DNA from: Candidatus Marinacidobacterium sp.
GTDB taxonomy: Bacteria; Acidobacteriota; Vicinamibacteria; Marinacidobacterales; Marinacidobacteraceae
DNA length: 64,000 bases
Assembly: GCA_965204755.1 (NCBI GenBank)
Contig: OZ242011.1
Location: forward strand, 2,336,001 to 2,400,000
Direction of reading: 5' to 3'
Below the pieces are notes generated by a model that did no database searches, was not told where the DNA came from, and saw nothing but the letters and a program-made list of their open reading frames with translations. Both the position numbers and the translations under genes were made by a program. The stretch's first letter is position 1. Every line of letters begins with the position of its first letter. Below, piece by piece: positions 19,805-29,862 of this stretch.

Positions 19805-20677
19805 CTATCCCGCGCTCCGCCCGATGATCCGGGCCACCGCGCGGCGGTAGCCGGCGAGGATGCGGAGCGTCACCGGCCCGGGACGGCCGGCCCCGATCGG
19901 GCCGCGGCAACCGTCCGGCGTAACCGTCCACGCGACCGGCAACACTTCCCGGGACGAACTGGTCAGGAACGCCTCGTCGGCGCGCGCCAACCGCGCCGGC
20001 GCCAGCGGGCGCTCGGCGAACTCGATCTCGAGGGCGGCCAGCGTTTCGATCACCAGTTCCCGGGTGATCCCCGGCAGGATGCCGCCGTCCCCCGGCGGCG
20101 TGCGCACCGCGCCGTCTTCCACCACGAAGAGGTTGGAAGTGGCCCCTTCCGCGAGGCCGCCGTCGGCGCCGCGCAGGATCGCCTCGTGGGCGCCGACCCG
20201 CTCCGCCTCCCGCACCGCCCGCCGGGCGAGCGCCAGCGCCGTGGTCTTGACCCCGGCGGGCATCCCGCCGGGGGCGGAGGCCCGCGTGAACCCGCTGAGG
20301 AGCACTCCCACTCCCTCGCGTTCCGGATCCACCGGCAGCGGCGGGAGCGGGCGCGCCAGCACCAGCAGCACCGGGCCCTCCGCTTCGGTTCCGGCGCTCA
20401 GGACTACGCGGACGGAGCGCTCCCCCGGGCCGGGGGCCGCCCGGCAGGTGCGGGCGATCCGGTCGGCGATCTCCTCGTCGGTCGCCGGAACCGGGATCTC
20501 CAGGAACGCCGCCGACCGCCGCAGGCGCTCCAGGTGGCGGTCGAGCAGCAACGGCGTCCCGCCGTAGGTCCGGAAGTTCTCGTACACCGCCTCCCCGTAG
20601 AGGAAACCCCGGTCGAGCGGGCTGATCCCGCCGCCCGCGCCCATCTCCCCGTTCCGGTTGACCGCCGCCGCCGCCAT
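19805..20677 (-). CDS. Aminotransferase class IV (D-amino-acid/branched-chain transaminase or ADC lyase)
   Basis: DRGFLYGEAVYE, HLERL, EGATSNLF, ILPGITR and EAFLTSS. Confidence 0.92.
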   Translation of the reverse strand: MAAAAVNRNGEMGAGGGISPLDRGFLYGEAVYENFRTYGGTPLLLDRHLERLRRSAAFLEIPVPATDEEIADRIARTCRAAPGPGERSVRVVLSAGTEAEGPVLLVLARPLPPLPVDPEREGVGVLLSGFTRASAPGGMPAGVKTTALALARRAVREAERVGAHEAILRGADGGLAEGATSNLFVVEDGAVRTPPGDGGILPGITRELVIETLAALEIEFAERPLAPARLARADEAFLTSSSREVLPVAWTVTPDGCRGPIGAGRPGPVTLRILAGYRRAVARIIGRSAG

Positions 20678-21031
20678 CGCGCCCCGGAATGTACCGGTCT
20701 CGGCCCCGCGACCCCTCCTTGCGCTCGCCGCCGCTCGGCAGCGGGCAGCAGCGTCGGAGGAGCGGGGGAAGGCGCGCGGGGAGGGCGGGGCGCCTTCTTC
20801 CGAGGGCAGATAGACTCGCCGGGCCTGCGGCTCCCCTTCGGCCGTGGCCAGGTGGCGTGCGGCGACCTGGGTGGGCCGAAACGAACCTGCCGAAGCGCCT
20901 CGGTATTTCTCCTGTGCCGGGCGCGTCCGCACACCCCGTTTGAGCCCCCACCCACAGCCCGTTGGCGACCACGAGCCTGGTCCCTGTTCGCGCCCGGCAC
21001 TTGTGCTACTTTCCGGGGCTGGGTACACGCT

Positions 21032-21937
21032 GTGGGGCTGCCTCCGACCCGGGTTGAGATCCACGCCGGGGACAATTTGGCCGTCGTTGGGGATTTCCCC
21101 AATGAGTCCTTCGATCTCATCTACATCGACCCGCCCTTCAACACCGGTCGGGAGCAGGCGAGGACTCGTCTGCGAACCGTGGCGGACGCGAGCGGCGACC
21201 GCATCGGTTTCGGCGGGCGCCGGTACCGCACGGCCGTCATCGGTCGCTCCGCTTTCGACGACACTTTCGCCGATTACCAAGCGTTTCTGGAGCCGCGTTT
21301 GGTCGAGGGTTACCGCTTGCTCTCCCCAACGGGTTCGTTCTTCCTGCACCTAGACTACCGCGAAGTCCACTACTTGAAGGTCGTGATGGACGGGATCTTC
21401 GGGCGGGATTCCTTCCTCAACGAAATCATCTGGGCCTACGACTACGGTGCCCGATCCAAGAAGCGTTGGTCACCCAAGCACGACAACATTCTCTGGTACG
21501 CCAAGGACCCGAAGCGGTACACCTTCCGCCACGAAGACAGCGACCGCATCCCGTACCTGGCGCCGGCGCTCGTCGGGGCGGAGAAAGCGGCGCGCGGCAA
21601 GACCCCGACCGACACTTGGTGGAACACCATCGTGAGCCCCACCGGGAAGGAGAAGACTGGTTACCCCACACAGAAGCCGCTCGCCATCCTGAACCGGATC
21701 ATTCAGGTTCACTCCAACCCCGGGGATAGAGTGCTGGACTACTTTGCGGGCAGCGGGACGACGGGCGAGGCTGCGTTCCGATCGGGACGGAATGTCGTCC
21801 TAGTGGACCACAATCCCGAGGCGATCGCCGTGATGGCGAGACGGTTGGCGTTCACTCGCCCCGTCCTGAGCGACTCCAGAGCACCGATACCGATGCCGGA
21901 AGGTGGTCGGAGAAGTCTGTTTGCGCCAGGGGCGTGA
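21032..21937 (+). CDS. Site-specific amino (N6/N4) DNA methyltransferase, beta class (start approximate)
   Basis: Motif IV YIDPPFN precedes YPTQKP and motif I DYFAGSGTTG. Confidence 0.92.
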   Translation: MGLPPTRVEIHAGDNLAVVGDFPNESFDLIYIDPPFNTGREQARTRLRTVADASGDRIGFGGRRYRTAVIGRSAFDDTFADYQAFLEPRLVEGYRLLSPTGSFFLHLDYREVHYLKVVMDGIFGRDSFLNEIIWAYDYGARSKKRWSPKHDNILWYAKDPKRYTFRHEDSDRIPYLAPALVGAEKAARGKTPTDTWWNTIVSPTGKEKTGYPTQKPLAILNRIIQVHSNPGDRVLDYFAGSGTTGEAAFRSGRNVVLVDHNPEAIAVMARRLAFTRPVLSDSRAPIPMPEGGRRSLFAPGA

Positions 21938-21938
21938 C

Positions 21939-22499
21939 ATGAAGGTCGTTGATCCGGAGGTCAGTCTCCTCGCTCGTCTGTTGGATGAGGTTCAAGCCAC
22001 TTACGAGTCCGGGAACTCGGCGTGGGACGACAGTCCCTTCGCTGGGATCCGAACACTGGCATCTCGGCAGAAGGGTGCTGTCGCAGAGCGCCTAGTTTCC
22101 GCCTACATGGCAGACAAGGGATTCCGTGTGGAGTCACCTCCGGATAGTGAGTGCGATCGACTGATCAACGGCGTACGCACTGAGATCAAAATGAGTACCC
22201 TGTGGCAGAGTGGCCTCTACCGGTTTCAGCAGTTTCGAGACCAGAACTACGACTTGGCCATCTGTCTCGGAATTAGTCCGGCATCCGCTCACTGCTGGGC
22301 CATTCCCAAGTCTGTCATTCACGACCAACGACAGAAGGGTGGCATCCCCTCCCAACATGCCGGGAGTGCCGGCCGTGACACTGCATGGCTTCATGTCAAC
22401 CCGGAGGCGCCTCCGGCTTGGTTGCGCGACTGGGGTGGCAGCCTTTCGGACGCGGTCTCCGTGGTCGCTCGCCTCGTAGCTACCAACTCTCGCGCTTGA
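21939..22499 (+). CDS. Putative type II restriction endonuclease, PD-(D/E)XK fold
   Basis: KGAVAE...ECDRLING..TEIK. Starts 1 bp after the MTase stop and has lower GC. Confidence 0.7.
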   Translation: MKVVDPEVSLLARLLDEVQATYESGNSAWDDSPFAGIRTLASRQKGAVAERLVSAYMADKGFRVESPPDSECDRLINGVRTEIKMSTLWQSGLYRFQQFRDQNYDLAICLGISPASAHCWAIPKSVIHDQRQKGGIPSQHAGSAGRDTAWLHVNPEAPPAWLRDWGGSLSDAVSVVARLVATNSRA

Positions 22500-22504
22500 T
22501 CAAG

Positions 22505-23791
22505 ATGCGAGAGTTCAGCCGTCGGGTTGTCCGTGGGCTAACGGGCGCGGGGCTCGCGACCGCCGCGCTCGCCGCCGCCTGCGCCCCGTCGGCGCCCGAG
22601 CCGGGAGTCGTCGCCATCGTCGGCGGCATCGTGTATCCGGTCACTTCGCCCCCCATCGAGGGCGGCGCGGTGCTCATCCGGGACGGCCGGATCGAAGCCG
22701 TCGGCGCCGACCTCGACCTCCCCTCCGGGGCGCGGATCGTGGACGCTTCCGGCGGCAGCGTCATTCCCGGCATCATCGAGACCCATTCCCACATGGGTTT
22801 CAAGATGCTGAACCTCCCGGCGACCGGGTCGAACAACAACGAACTCTCTTCACCGATCAACGCCCATGTCCGGGCGATGGACGGGCTCGACTCCTCCGAT
22901 CCGGCTTTCTCCCTCGCGGTCGCCGGGGGCATCACCACCCAGAACATCACCACCGGCAGCCGCAGCCCGAACAGCGGGCAGGCGGTGCTGGTCAAGATGC
23001 GCGGCGGCACCGTGGAAGACATGTTCTTCGCGCACGGCGGCATGAAGTTCGCCATCCGCGCCACCACCCCCTATCCGAACTTTCCGCAGGACGAAGCCGG
23101 CGTCTTCGAGTTGTTGAACGGGGAACTCGAAGAGTCCCGGGAGTACCTCGCGGCCATCGCCGCGCACGAAGCCGATCCCGACAACCACCCGCGCCCGCCC
23201 CGCGACCTCACGAAGGAAGCGTTCGGCAAACTCCTTACGCGCGAATGGCCGGTGGGCGTCCACTCCCACACGGCGGAACAGATGGGCTACGCGATCGAAC
23301 TGAAGCGCCGCTTCGACCTCGACCTCTACATCCACCACGGGGACCGCACGGATGTGCACGCCGAAGCGATGGCCGAACTCGGCGTGCCGGTGAGTTTCGG
23401 CCCCATCCTGCCGTTCGACAGCCCGGAGAGCGAGGACCTGCTCGGCCCCATCCGCCTCGCCGAGTCGGGAGGCCTCGTGGCGTTCCACCAGGACCATCCC
23501 GACGGCCACCAGTACTTCCTCCGCCATACCGGCGCGATGTTCGTCCGGCGGGGTATGCCGCCCGACGAAGCGTTGAAGGCCCTCACGATCAACGGGGCGC
23601 GGATCTTCGGCGTGGACGACCGGATCGGCAGTCTGGAGCCGGGGAAGGACGCCGACCTGGTGGTCCTGGGCGGCGAGGACCCGCTGGCTTTCGATAGTTT
23701 GGTGATGCGCGTGTTCGTGGACGGCGTGGAGGTCTTCGACCGCGAGACCGGGTTCGATGTCTTCGGCGGGCGCGTCCCGGAGGGCTGGTGA
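22505..23791 (+). CDS. Amidohydrolase-family protein, probable lipoprotein
   Basis: PGIIETHSH metal site, GSLEPGKDADLVV and an LAAAC lipobox-like sequence. Confidence 0.9.
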   Translation: MREFSRRVVRGLTGAGLATAALAAACAPSAPEPGVVAIVGGIVYPVTSPPIEGGAVLIRDGRIEAVGADLDLPSGARIVDASGGSVIPGIIETHSHMGFKMLNLPATGSNNNELSSPINAHVRAMDGLDSSDPAFSLAVAGGITTQNITTGSRSPNSGQAVLVKMRGGTVEDMFFAHGGMKFAIRATTPYPNFPQDEAGVFELLNGELEESREYLAAIAAHEADPDNHPRPPRDLTKEAFGKLLTREWPVGVHSHTAEQMGYAIELKRRFDLDLYIHHGDRTDVHAEAMAELGVPVSFGPILPFDSPESEDLLGPIRLAESGGLVAFHQDHPDGHQYFLRHTGAMFVRRGMPPDEALKALTINGARIFGVDDRIGSLEPGKDADLVVLGGEDPLAFDSLVMRVFVDGVEVFDRETGFDVFGGRVPEGW

Positions 23792-25020
23792 TGCCCGAAC
23801 ACCGGCGGGCGGTCGGCGTCCCGGCGGCGCGGGCGGCCGGGCGCGTCCTCGCGGCGCTGCTGCTCCCGGCGCTGTTCCTGCCGGCCGTTTCCGTCGGCCA
23901 GTCGGTCGCCATCGTCGGCGGCGAAGTGCATACCGGTCGGGGCGAGGTCCTGTCCGGCGCTTCGGTGCTCATCGAGGACGGCAAGATCGCTGCCGTCGGC
24001 GCCGGCGTCGAAGTCCCGGAGGGCGTCGAGACCCTCTCCGCCGAGGGGATGGTGGTGACCCCGGGGTTCCTGGACGCCCAGACCCTGCTCGGAACCGAGC
24101 CGGCGGGCGGAGCCCTGGTCGCGATCGCCGGCGAAACCGGGCCCGGCATCACCCCGGCGGCGCGCGCCGCCGACCGCTTCGCGGAAGGTCTCGCGCCGCT
24201 CTGGCTGCGCGAAGGGGTGACCACCGTGTACCTGGCGCCCGACCCCCGGCGGCTCATCGGCGGGCTGGGCGCGGTGGCCAAATTGGCCGGCCCGCGGGAG
24301 ACCGCGCTCCTCCGGGAGGATGCGGCGGTCTCGGCCTCGTTCGGGGAATCCGCCGTCGGCGACACGCCGCCGGGCCGCGACCGTCCGACCGGCCCGACGA
24401 CCCGGCAGGGGATGATCTACGCCCTCCGCCGGACGCTCGTCGAGGCGCAGGAAGACACCCTCGGCGGCGAGGCCGGGCGGGCGCTGGGCCGTCTGCTGGC
24501 CGGGGAAACGCCGCTCCGCGCGCTCGTCAACAAGCCGGACGACATCGAGACCGCGCTGCGGGTGGCGGGCGAATTCGACCTGCGCCTCGTGCTCGACCAG
24601 GCGGCGGGGGCGGCTGCGGTCGCCTCCCGGCTCGCCGAAGCGGACATCCCGGTGGTGGTCGGCCCGGCGATCCTCGCCATCGGCGACGGCGGCCCGATGG
24701 AACTCGCGAGCCACTCCCCGGCGACCGCCGCCGCCCTCCACCGCGCCGGCGTCCGCATCGCGCTCTCCACCTTCGGCAGCCGGGGGCGTTCGGTGGCGAT
24801 GGAAGCGGCCATCGCCTGGGCGCACGGCCTCCCGCGCGACGCCGCGCTCACCGCGGTGACCGGCGGCGCCGCGGAGATCCTCGGCGTCGCCGACCGGGTG
24901 GGCTCGCTAGAGCCCGGCCTCGACGGGGACCTGGTGGTCTGGAGCGAACACCCGATCGGCACTTACGCCCGCGCCTTGGCGGTCGTCGTGGACGGCCGCG
25001 TGGTCTTCCGCCGGGACTGA
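23788..25020 (+). CDS. Amidohydrolase-family protein lacking the HxH motif
   Basis: PGFLDAQT and GSLEPGLDGDLVVW; overlaps the preceding gene. Confidence 0.85.
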   Translation: MMPEHRRAVGVPAARAAGRVLAALLLPALFLPAVSVGQSVAIVGGEVHTGRGEVLSGASVLIEDGKIAAVGAGVEVPEGVETLSAEGMVVTPGFLDAQTLLGTEPAGGALVAIAGETGPGITPAARAADRFAEGLAPLWLREGVTTVYLAPDPRRLIGGLGAVAKLAGPRETALLREDAAVSASFGESAVGDTPPGRDRPTGPTTRQGMIYALRRTLVEAQEDTLGGEAGRALGRLLAGETPLRALVNKPDDIETALRVAGEFDLRLVLDQAAGAAAVASRLAEADIPVVVGPAILAIGDGGPMELASHSPATAAALHRAGVRIALSTFGSRGRSVAMEAAIAWAHGLPRDAALTAVTGGAAEILGVADRVGSLEPGLDGDLVVWSEHPIGTYARALAVVVDGRVVFRRD

Positions 25021-25174
25021 GCCGGGGGCGATGTTCCCGCCCTTCTCGGGGCGCCGCGGACTGCGGCTCCGGCCCCGCATCGAGCGCCGAGCGCTTCGGC
25101 CGCCGCGCCGACCCACTCGTTCGAGGCCTTCTCGAAGAAGACCCGTCCCGCCTCGCGGCAGGAGTAGCACTCCC

Positions 25175-26659
25175 ATGGTTTCCCGACAACGCGTCGTCCT
25201 TTCGTTCTTCGTTCTCGCGATCGCCGCCGGCGCTTCGTCGTCCTCGGCGGCGCCGGCCTTCGGCGGGAGCGAGTCCCGCGCCGCCGACCCCGAGGTGCGG
25301 GCGGGCCTCACGCTGCTCGACGAGTGGATTCGCGCCCGCATCGAGTACGAAGGGTTGCCGGGCTTGGTCATCGGGATCACCCACGACCAGGAGGTCGTCT
25401 GGACGAAGGCTTACGGACACGCCTCGCTCGACCCCGAAACCCCCATGACCGTGGACTCGATCTTCCGGATCGCGTCGCATTCCAAACTGTTCACCGCGAT
25501 CGCCGTGTTGCGCGAACGGGACGCGGGCACGCTGCGGCTCGACGACGAGGTCCGGAAGCACCTGCCCTGGTTCGACTTGGAAAACCGCCACCCGGAGGCG
25601 CGGGCGCTCACCGTGCGGCACCTGCTCACCCACACCGGAGGCCTGCCGCGCGAGTCGGTGCACCCGGCGTGGACCGAGTTCGTATTCCCCGACGCCGAAG
25701 CGGTGCAGGCGACGGTTTCCGAACAGGAAACCACTTACGCCACCGAGACCAAGTGGAAGTACTCGAACCTCGGCTTCACGCTCGCGGGCATGGTGGCCGA
25801 GGCGGCCGGCGGCGAGTCGTTCGGCGAGTTGGTCACCGCCGGGATCCTGCAACCGCTGGGAATGGACTCGACCAGCGTCGGCCCGGTTCCCGAGTCGCAG
25901 CGCGCCCGGCTGGCCACCGGCTACGGGCGGCGGATGCCCGACGGGAACCGGGAGGCGTATCCCTTCGTGGACGCCCGCGCCTTCGACCCGGCGACCGGAG
26001 TCTCCTCGACCGTCCCCGACCTGCTGCGTTTCCTCCAGTGGCAGATGCGCGTCCGCGACCGCGAGAGCGAGGAGGTGCTGGCCGCGAACACGCTGCTGGA
26101 GATGCAGCGCGTCCACTGGCTGCAGCCCGACTGGAAGAGCGGGTGGGGCCTCGGTTTCTCCGTGCGCCACACCGAAGACCGCGACCTGATCGGCCACGGG
26201 GGTTCCTATCCCGGCTACCGCACGCAGACCCTCCTGAGCCCGAAGGAGAAGGTCGGCGTGGTCGTCTTCACGAACGGCGGCGACGGCAACCCCGGCCGCT
26301 TCGTCGAGAAGGCATTCGAGTGGGTGGCCCCGCCCCTCGTCGAAGCCGCGAAGGAATCGGAGGAGAAGGAGACAGCCGTCTTCGAGCCGGTGTGGGAGAT
26401 CTACCTCGGCGCCTACCGCAGCCGCTGGGGCGACACTACGGTGGCGCGTCTCGCCGACGAGTTGGTGCTGTTCTCACCGCTCTCCGAGAACCCGGAAAGA
26501 TCGAAGGGTGTCCTCCGCCCCACCGACGAAGAACATGTCTTCCGCCTGGAGAGCGACGGCTACGGCCCCCACGGCGAGTTGGTCCGCTTCGCCGTGGACG
26601 AAACCGGCGCCGTAACCCGCGTCTACACGGGCGTCAACTACTCCGATCGCCTCCGGTAA
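25175..26659 (+). CDS. Serine hydrolase (beta-lactamase/PBP-like)
   Basis: SxxK (IASHSK), LLTHTGG, YSN and GHGG. Confidence 0.92.
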   Translation: MVSRQRVVLSFFVLAIAAGASSSSAAPAFGGSESRAADPEVRAGLTLLDEWIRARIEYEGLPGLVIGITHDQEVVWTKAYGHASLDPETPMTVDSIFRIASHSKLFTAIAVLRERDAGTLRLDDEVRKHLPWFDLENRHPEARALTVRHLLTHTGGLPRESVHPAWTEFVFPDAEAVQATVSEQETTYATETKWKYSNLGFTLAGMVAEAAGGESFGELVTAGILQPLGMDSTSVGPVPESQRARLATGYGRRMPDGNREAYPFVDARAFDPATGVSSTVPDLLRFLQWQMRVRDRESEEVLAANTLLEMQRVHWLQPDWKSGWGLGFSVRHTEDRDLIGHGGSYPGYRTQTLLSPKEKVGVVVFTNGGDGNPGRFVEKAFEWVAPPLVEAAKESEEKETAVFEPVWEIYLGAYRSRWGDTTVARLADELVLFSPLSENPERSKGVLRPTDEEHVFRLESDGYGPHGELVRFAVDETGAVTRVYTGVNYSDRLR

Positions 26660-26670
26660 GCGCCCATCCT

Positions 26671-27879
26671 TCAGGCGGCGCGTTCGGCCGCCGCTCCGAG
26701 GCGCAGCGCCCGGACCGCCTCGGCGATTTCCTCCACCCGGTGGAGTACTTCGTCGAGCGAGCCCGAAAGATCAAGCGCCAAGATGCGGAGACACTTGCCG
26801 GCGTGGCGCACGGTGTAGGCGCGTCCCTCCGCTTCGCCCTTCGCATAGATGAGCAGGCCTCCGGGAAGGCCGGCGGCGGTCGAATAGGCAAGGAGTTGGT
26901 AGATGTCGGCGTTCCGAATTCCGAAGTCGGCGCGCTTGTATTTCGCGTCGCCGACGAAGACGGTTCGTCCCTCCTCGGTCCATACGAGGTCGGGTCGCAG
27001 ACGCACGCGCCCTCTCTCATCGAGTGACTCGATTCGCCGTTCGCAGAACGCTCGTGCGGGCAGTTTCAGTCTTTCGCGGAGCGCCACGGTGAGGAACTCC
27101 TGAAAGACGGCGTTCATGTCCATCAGGAATCCGGACACTCGGACCTCGCCTCGCTCGGCTTCGTAGGAGGCCTGGCGCAAGACGAGTCGTGCGAGGGCGA
27201 CTACCCCTCGGTAGTGCGCATTCAGCCGGTCGAATGCGACGCGCGGTACCGCGTTTCGCGGATATTCGCGGAGCGACACACCTTCAAGTTGCGTCCGGAC
27301 ATGGGAGAGTCGGCGTCGCGCCGCAGTGGACCGGAGTCGCAATCCTCCCAGCCGGCGGACAGCCGCGGCGACCAAGCGGTTGGGAAGAATGTCTGCGGTG
27401 AACTCGTCGTAGCGCACTTCCGCGGGCAGGGGGAACCCGTAGCGGCGGCGAATCTGCTCGTCGAAGCGGACGCGCCCGCGCACCGTGGTGAGCGCGTCCT
27501 CCCGGCCGAGATATCCGTGGAACAGACCGCCGGAGAAGGCTTGCCGCGCCGCCGCCGAGAGTGCGAGCGCCACCGCATCGGGCAGCGCCTCTTCCTCGGG
27601 AAAGTCGAAGTCGTCTTCCCGGAAACGCACCCGACCGATGGCGTAGCAGGCGAGGGACAGCAGTTGCGGAATCCCGATCTTGGGCTCGATGCGCACCGAA
27701 AGATCGCCAACTTCGAGTGCGCCCACGGTCGCGGCGGGCGTGAGGCAGTACTGTTCCAACTTGCCGGGAATCGGCGCGATCGTAAGATCGCGGACCGCGC
27801 TCTTCAGTGCGTCGCGTACGGCCACGGTGAGCGAGATGGGGTCGCTCGTCGCATACTCTTGGATGTCCAACTGCGACAT
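26671..27879 (-). CDS. mcrC: McrC-family nuclease subunit
   Basis: IEPKI, VRGRV, YDEFTADILPN, LMDMNAVFQEF, RPDLV...DAKYK and DIYQLLAY. Confidence 0.9.
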   Translation of the reverse strand: MSQLDIQEYATSDPISLTVAVRDALKSAVRDLTIAPIPGKLEQYCLTPAATVGALEVGDLSVRIEPKIGIPQLLSLACYAIGRVRFREDDFDFPEEEALPDAVALALSAAARQAFSGGLFHGYLGREDALTTVRGRVRFDEQIRRRYGFPLPAEVRYDEFTADILPNRLVAAAVRRLGGLRLRSTAARRRLSHVRTQLEGVSLREYPRNAVPRVAFDRLNAHYRGVVALARLVLRQASYEAERGEVRVSGFLMDMNAVFQEFLTVALRERLKLPARAFCERRIESLDERGRVRLRPDLVWTEEGRTVFVGDAKYKRADFGIRNADIYQLLAYSTAAGLPGGLLIYAKGEAEGRAYTVRHAGKCLRILALDLSGSLDEVLHRVEEIAEAVRALRLGAAAERAA

Positions 27880-27907
27880 CAGTTCACACCCCTCAGAAAG
27901 TCCTTCG

Positions 27908-29374
27908 TCAGCCTTCGTCGCCGTCCCCGCGCTGGGAGAGATCCCTGTTCTCCCGAGACGATCCGTCCCCGGCGTCGCCTGGCGATACAACCCGGCGATT
28001 CCAAAGTTCGTCGAACTCGCGCAGTGCGTCCGGCTCGCCGAACAGCCTCTCCCCGACATAGGGCCGCACCGCGTGCCGCCAAACCCGCTCTGCCATGGCG
28101 TCGTCGAGGCCCTTCTTCATGAAATAACTCGGCCCGATGGCGGCGTCCCCGGCGCTCCGAACCTTCAGGAGACTGTTCGCACCTTTCACGAAGTCTGCGA
28201 TCCAAGTCATTCTCGGCGCCTCGTCCCGGACGAAGCGGCGCAACACTCCCCGGACTGGGTCCTCGTGCGGATCGAATCCCACGAAGTAGAACCGCCGTCG
28301 CAGCGCGAGGTCCACGAGAGCGATGGAGCGGTCGGCCGTGTTCATCGTCCCGATGATGTGGAGATTCTCCGGCAGGGAGAATGACTCGCCGCCGTACTGC
28401 AGGCAAATCGCCTCCTCGCGGTACTCGAGGAGGAAGTACAACTCCCCGAACACCTTGGAGAGGTTGCCCCGGTTGATCTCGTCGATGATAAGGAAGTGCT
28501 TGGCGTCCGGCTCGCCACGCGCCCGATCGGCGGCCTCGACCAGTGGACCGTTTCGCAGGTCGAACCCCGCCGTCCCCTCAGATAGCCGGGGTCGGAATCC
28601 CTGCACGAAGTCCTCATAGGTGAACGACGGATGGAACTGCACCAGCGTGACGCGAGCTTTCGCTCCACTCAACTGACGCGCCAAGGCGCGGGCGATGTGG
28701 GTCTTGCCCGTGCCTGGTGGGCCGAAGAAGATGACCTGCTTCTTTTCTCCGATGAGCGTCTCGATCTCCCGAAGGAAGTTGTCGTCCTCAAGGTAGAGGT
28801 CCTTCGCGAGGGCGTACAAAGTGCTGGGTGGCTCGTCATCCGTCCCTTGATCAGGATCAAACCACCCCCTGATGAACCGGTCGTAGTCTTGTTTCTCACC
28901 CTCAAAGGCGAACGCGATGAGTTGTTTCGCTGCCCACGGCACCGCCCCCTTTCCAGGCGCGACCTGCCAGATGGTGTTCATGCTCGTGTAGAAGTACCAG
29001 TCTCGTGGTTCGCCAAACGAGTCCCAAGCCACTGCGACTCGCTGCCCGTTCTCCGGTTGGCCCGCAATCCTTCCGACAGCTTTGATCCGCATTACCGACA
29101 TGGTGCGCCCCCGTGCGTTGAACGGAAGGTCGTGCTTCTTGGTGAAGGAAGCCTTGATGGCGATGCGATCCCCCGGCTGCATTGCGTTGACCTGCCGCCG
29201 AACATCTTTGCGATCCTCACCGAAGCCGTGCTCCCAGATACCGTCACGGAGGAAGCGTTCCGTCTGGTCGTGCCTGCCGTATGTCGCGCCGACGAACCAG
29301 CAGGGGCGGTCCTCAACGGGCGTCGGAAGGTGGGCGGCGGAATCGAGCGCGGCGTCGACGACACGGGATGCCAT
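27908..29374 (-). CDS. mcrB: McrB-family GTPase with an N-terminal EVE/PUA-like domain
   Basis: GPPGTGKT, QFHPSFTYEDF, IIDEINRGN and signature MNTADRS. GGAGG lies upstream. Confidence 0.93.
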   Translation of the reverse strand: MASRVVDAALDSAAHLPTPVEDRPCWFVGATYGRHDQTERFLRDGIWEHGFGEDRKDVRRQVNAMQPGDRIAIKASFTKKHDLPFNARGRTMSVMRIKAVGRIAGQPENGQRVAVAWDSFGEPRDWYFYTSMNTIWQVAPGKGAVPWAAKQLIAFAFEGEKQDYDRFIRGWFDPDQGTDDEPPSTLYALAKDLYLEDDNFLREIETLIGEKKQVIFFGPPGTGKTHIARALARQLSGAKARVTLVQFHPSFTYEDFVQGFRPRLSEGTAGFDLRNGPLVEAADRARGEPDAKHFLIIDEINRGNLSKVFGELYFLLEYREEAICLQYGGESFSLPENLHIIGTMNTADRSIALVDLALRRRFYFVGFDPHEDPVRGVLRRFVRDEAPRMTWIADFVKGANSLLKVRSAGDAAIGPSYFMKKGLDDAMAERVWRHAVRPYVGERLFGEPDALREFDELWNRRVVSPGDAGDGSSRENRDLSQRGDGDEG

Positions 29375-29454
29375 CAGGTTCGGAACTCCTCCTTCGGTGA
29401 GATCTCGCGGAGTGTGTCTGGCACTATAGTGGAGAAGCGACGAGAATCTCTGAT

Positions 29455-29862
29455 CTAGCCGGACGCGGTCGGATCAGGTTGCTTCGGAGCGCCTTCCGAG
29501 ATCCCGACCGAGTCGGTGCGCTGCCTGGTATCGAGCGGAAGGTCGTGGCCGTCGACCAAGACTACATGCCGGCGCCGGATGTTCTCTCGAAAACTCCGGG
29601 GAATGGCGTCCCAAGCGAACAAGTCCACGCGAAACGGCAGGCTGCTCTCCTCGAAGGCGTCGCGAAGATCCCCGACCTGCCGCATCTCGTCCGGCGCAGC
29701 GAAGACGACCAAGTCGAGGTCGGAACTGGGCCGAGCGGTCCCTCCCACGCGGGACCCATACACCCAAGCCGTGGTGTTCGGGAGATGTCGCCGGAGGATA
29801 TCAAGGACGGCTTGCCGTTCGGCCGCCGTCAGCGCGAGGTCCGACTCGCCACCGAGACTCAT
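29455..29862 (-). CDS. Minimal nucleotidyltransferase (MntA-type antitoxin)
   Basis: GS-X10-DxD motif GSRVGGTARPSSDLD and LPFRVDL. Confidence 0.9.
   Translation of the reverse strand: MSLGGESDLALTAAERQAVLDILRRHLPNTTAWVYGSRVGGTARPSSDLDLVVFAAPDEMRQVGDLRDAFEESSLPFRVDLFAWDAIPRSFRENIRRRHVVLVDGHDLPLDTRQRTDSVGISEGAPKQPDPTASG

Noticed and set aside
19412-21031. Long N-terminal extensions on the MTase and on the DadA, HEPN, NatA, DUF5362, ATPase (6673) and RT (46132) ORFs, suggesting fusions
   Set aside because: The extensions overlap other genes, and family motifs begin at the downstream starts used here.
25175-26659. Antibiotic-resistance beta-lactamase
   Set aside because: The motifs fit the broad serine hydrolase family, and nothing indicates a true beta-lactamase.
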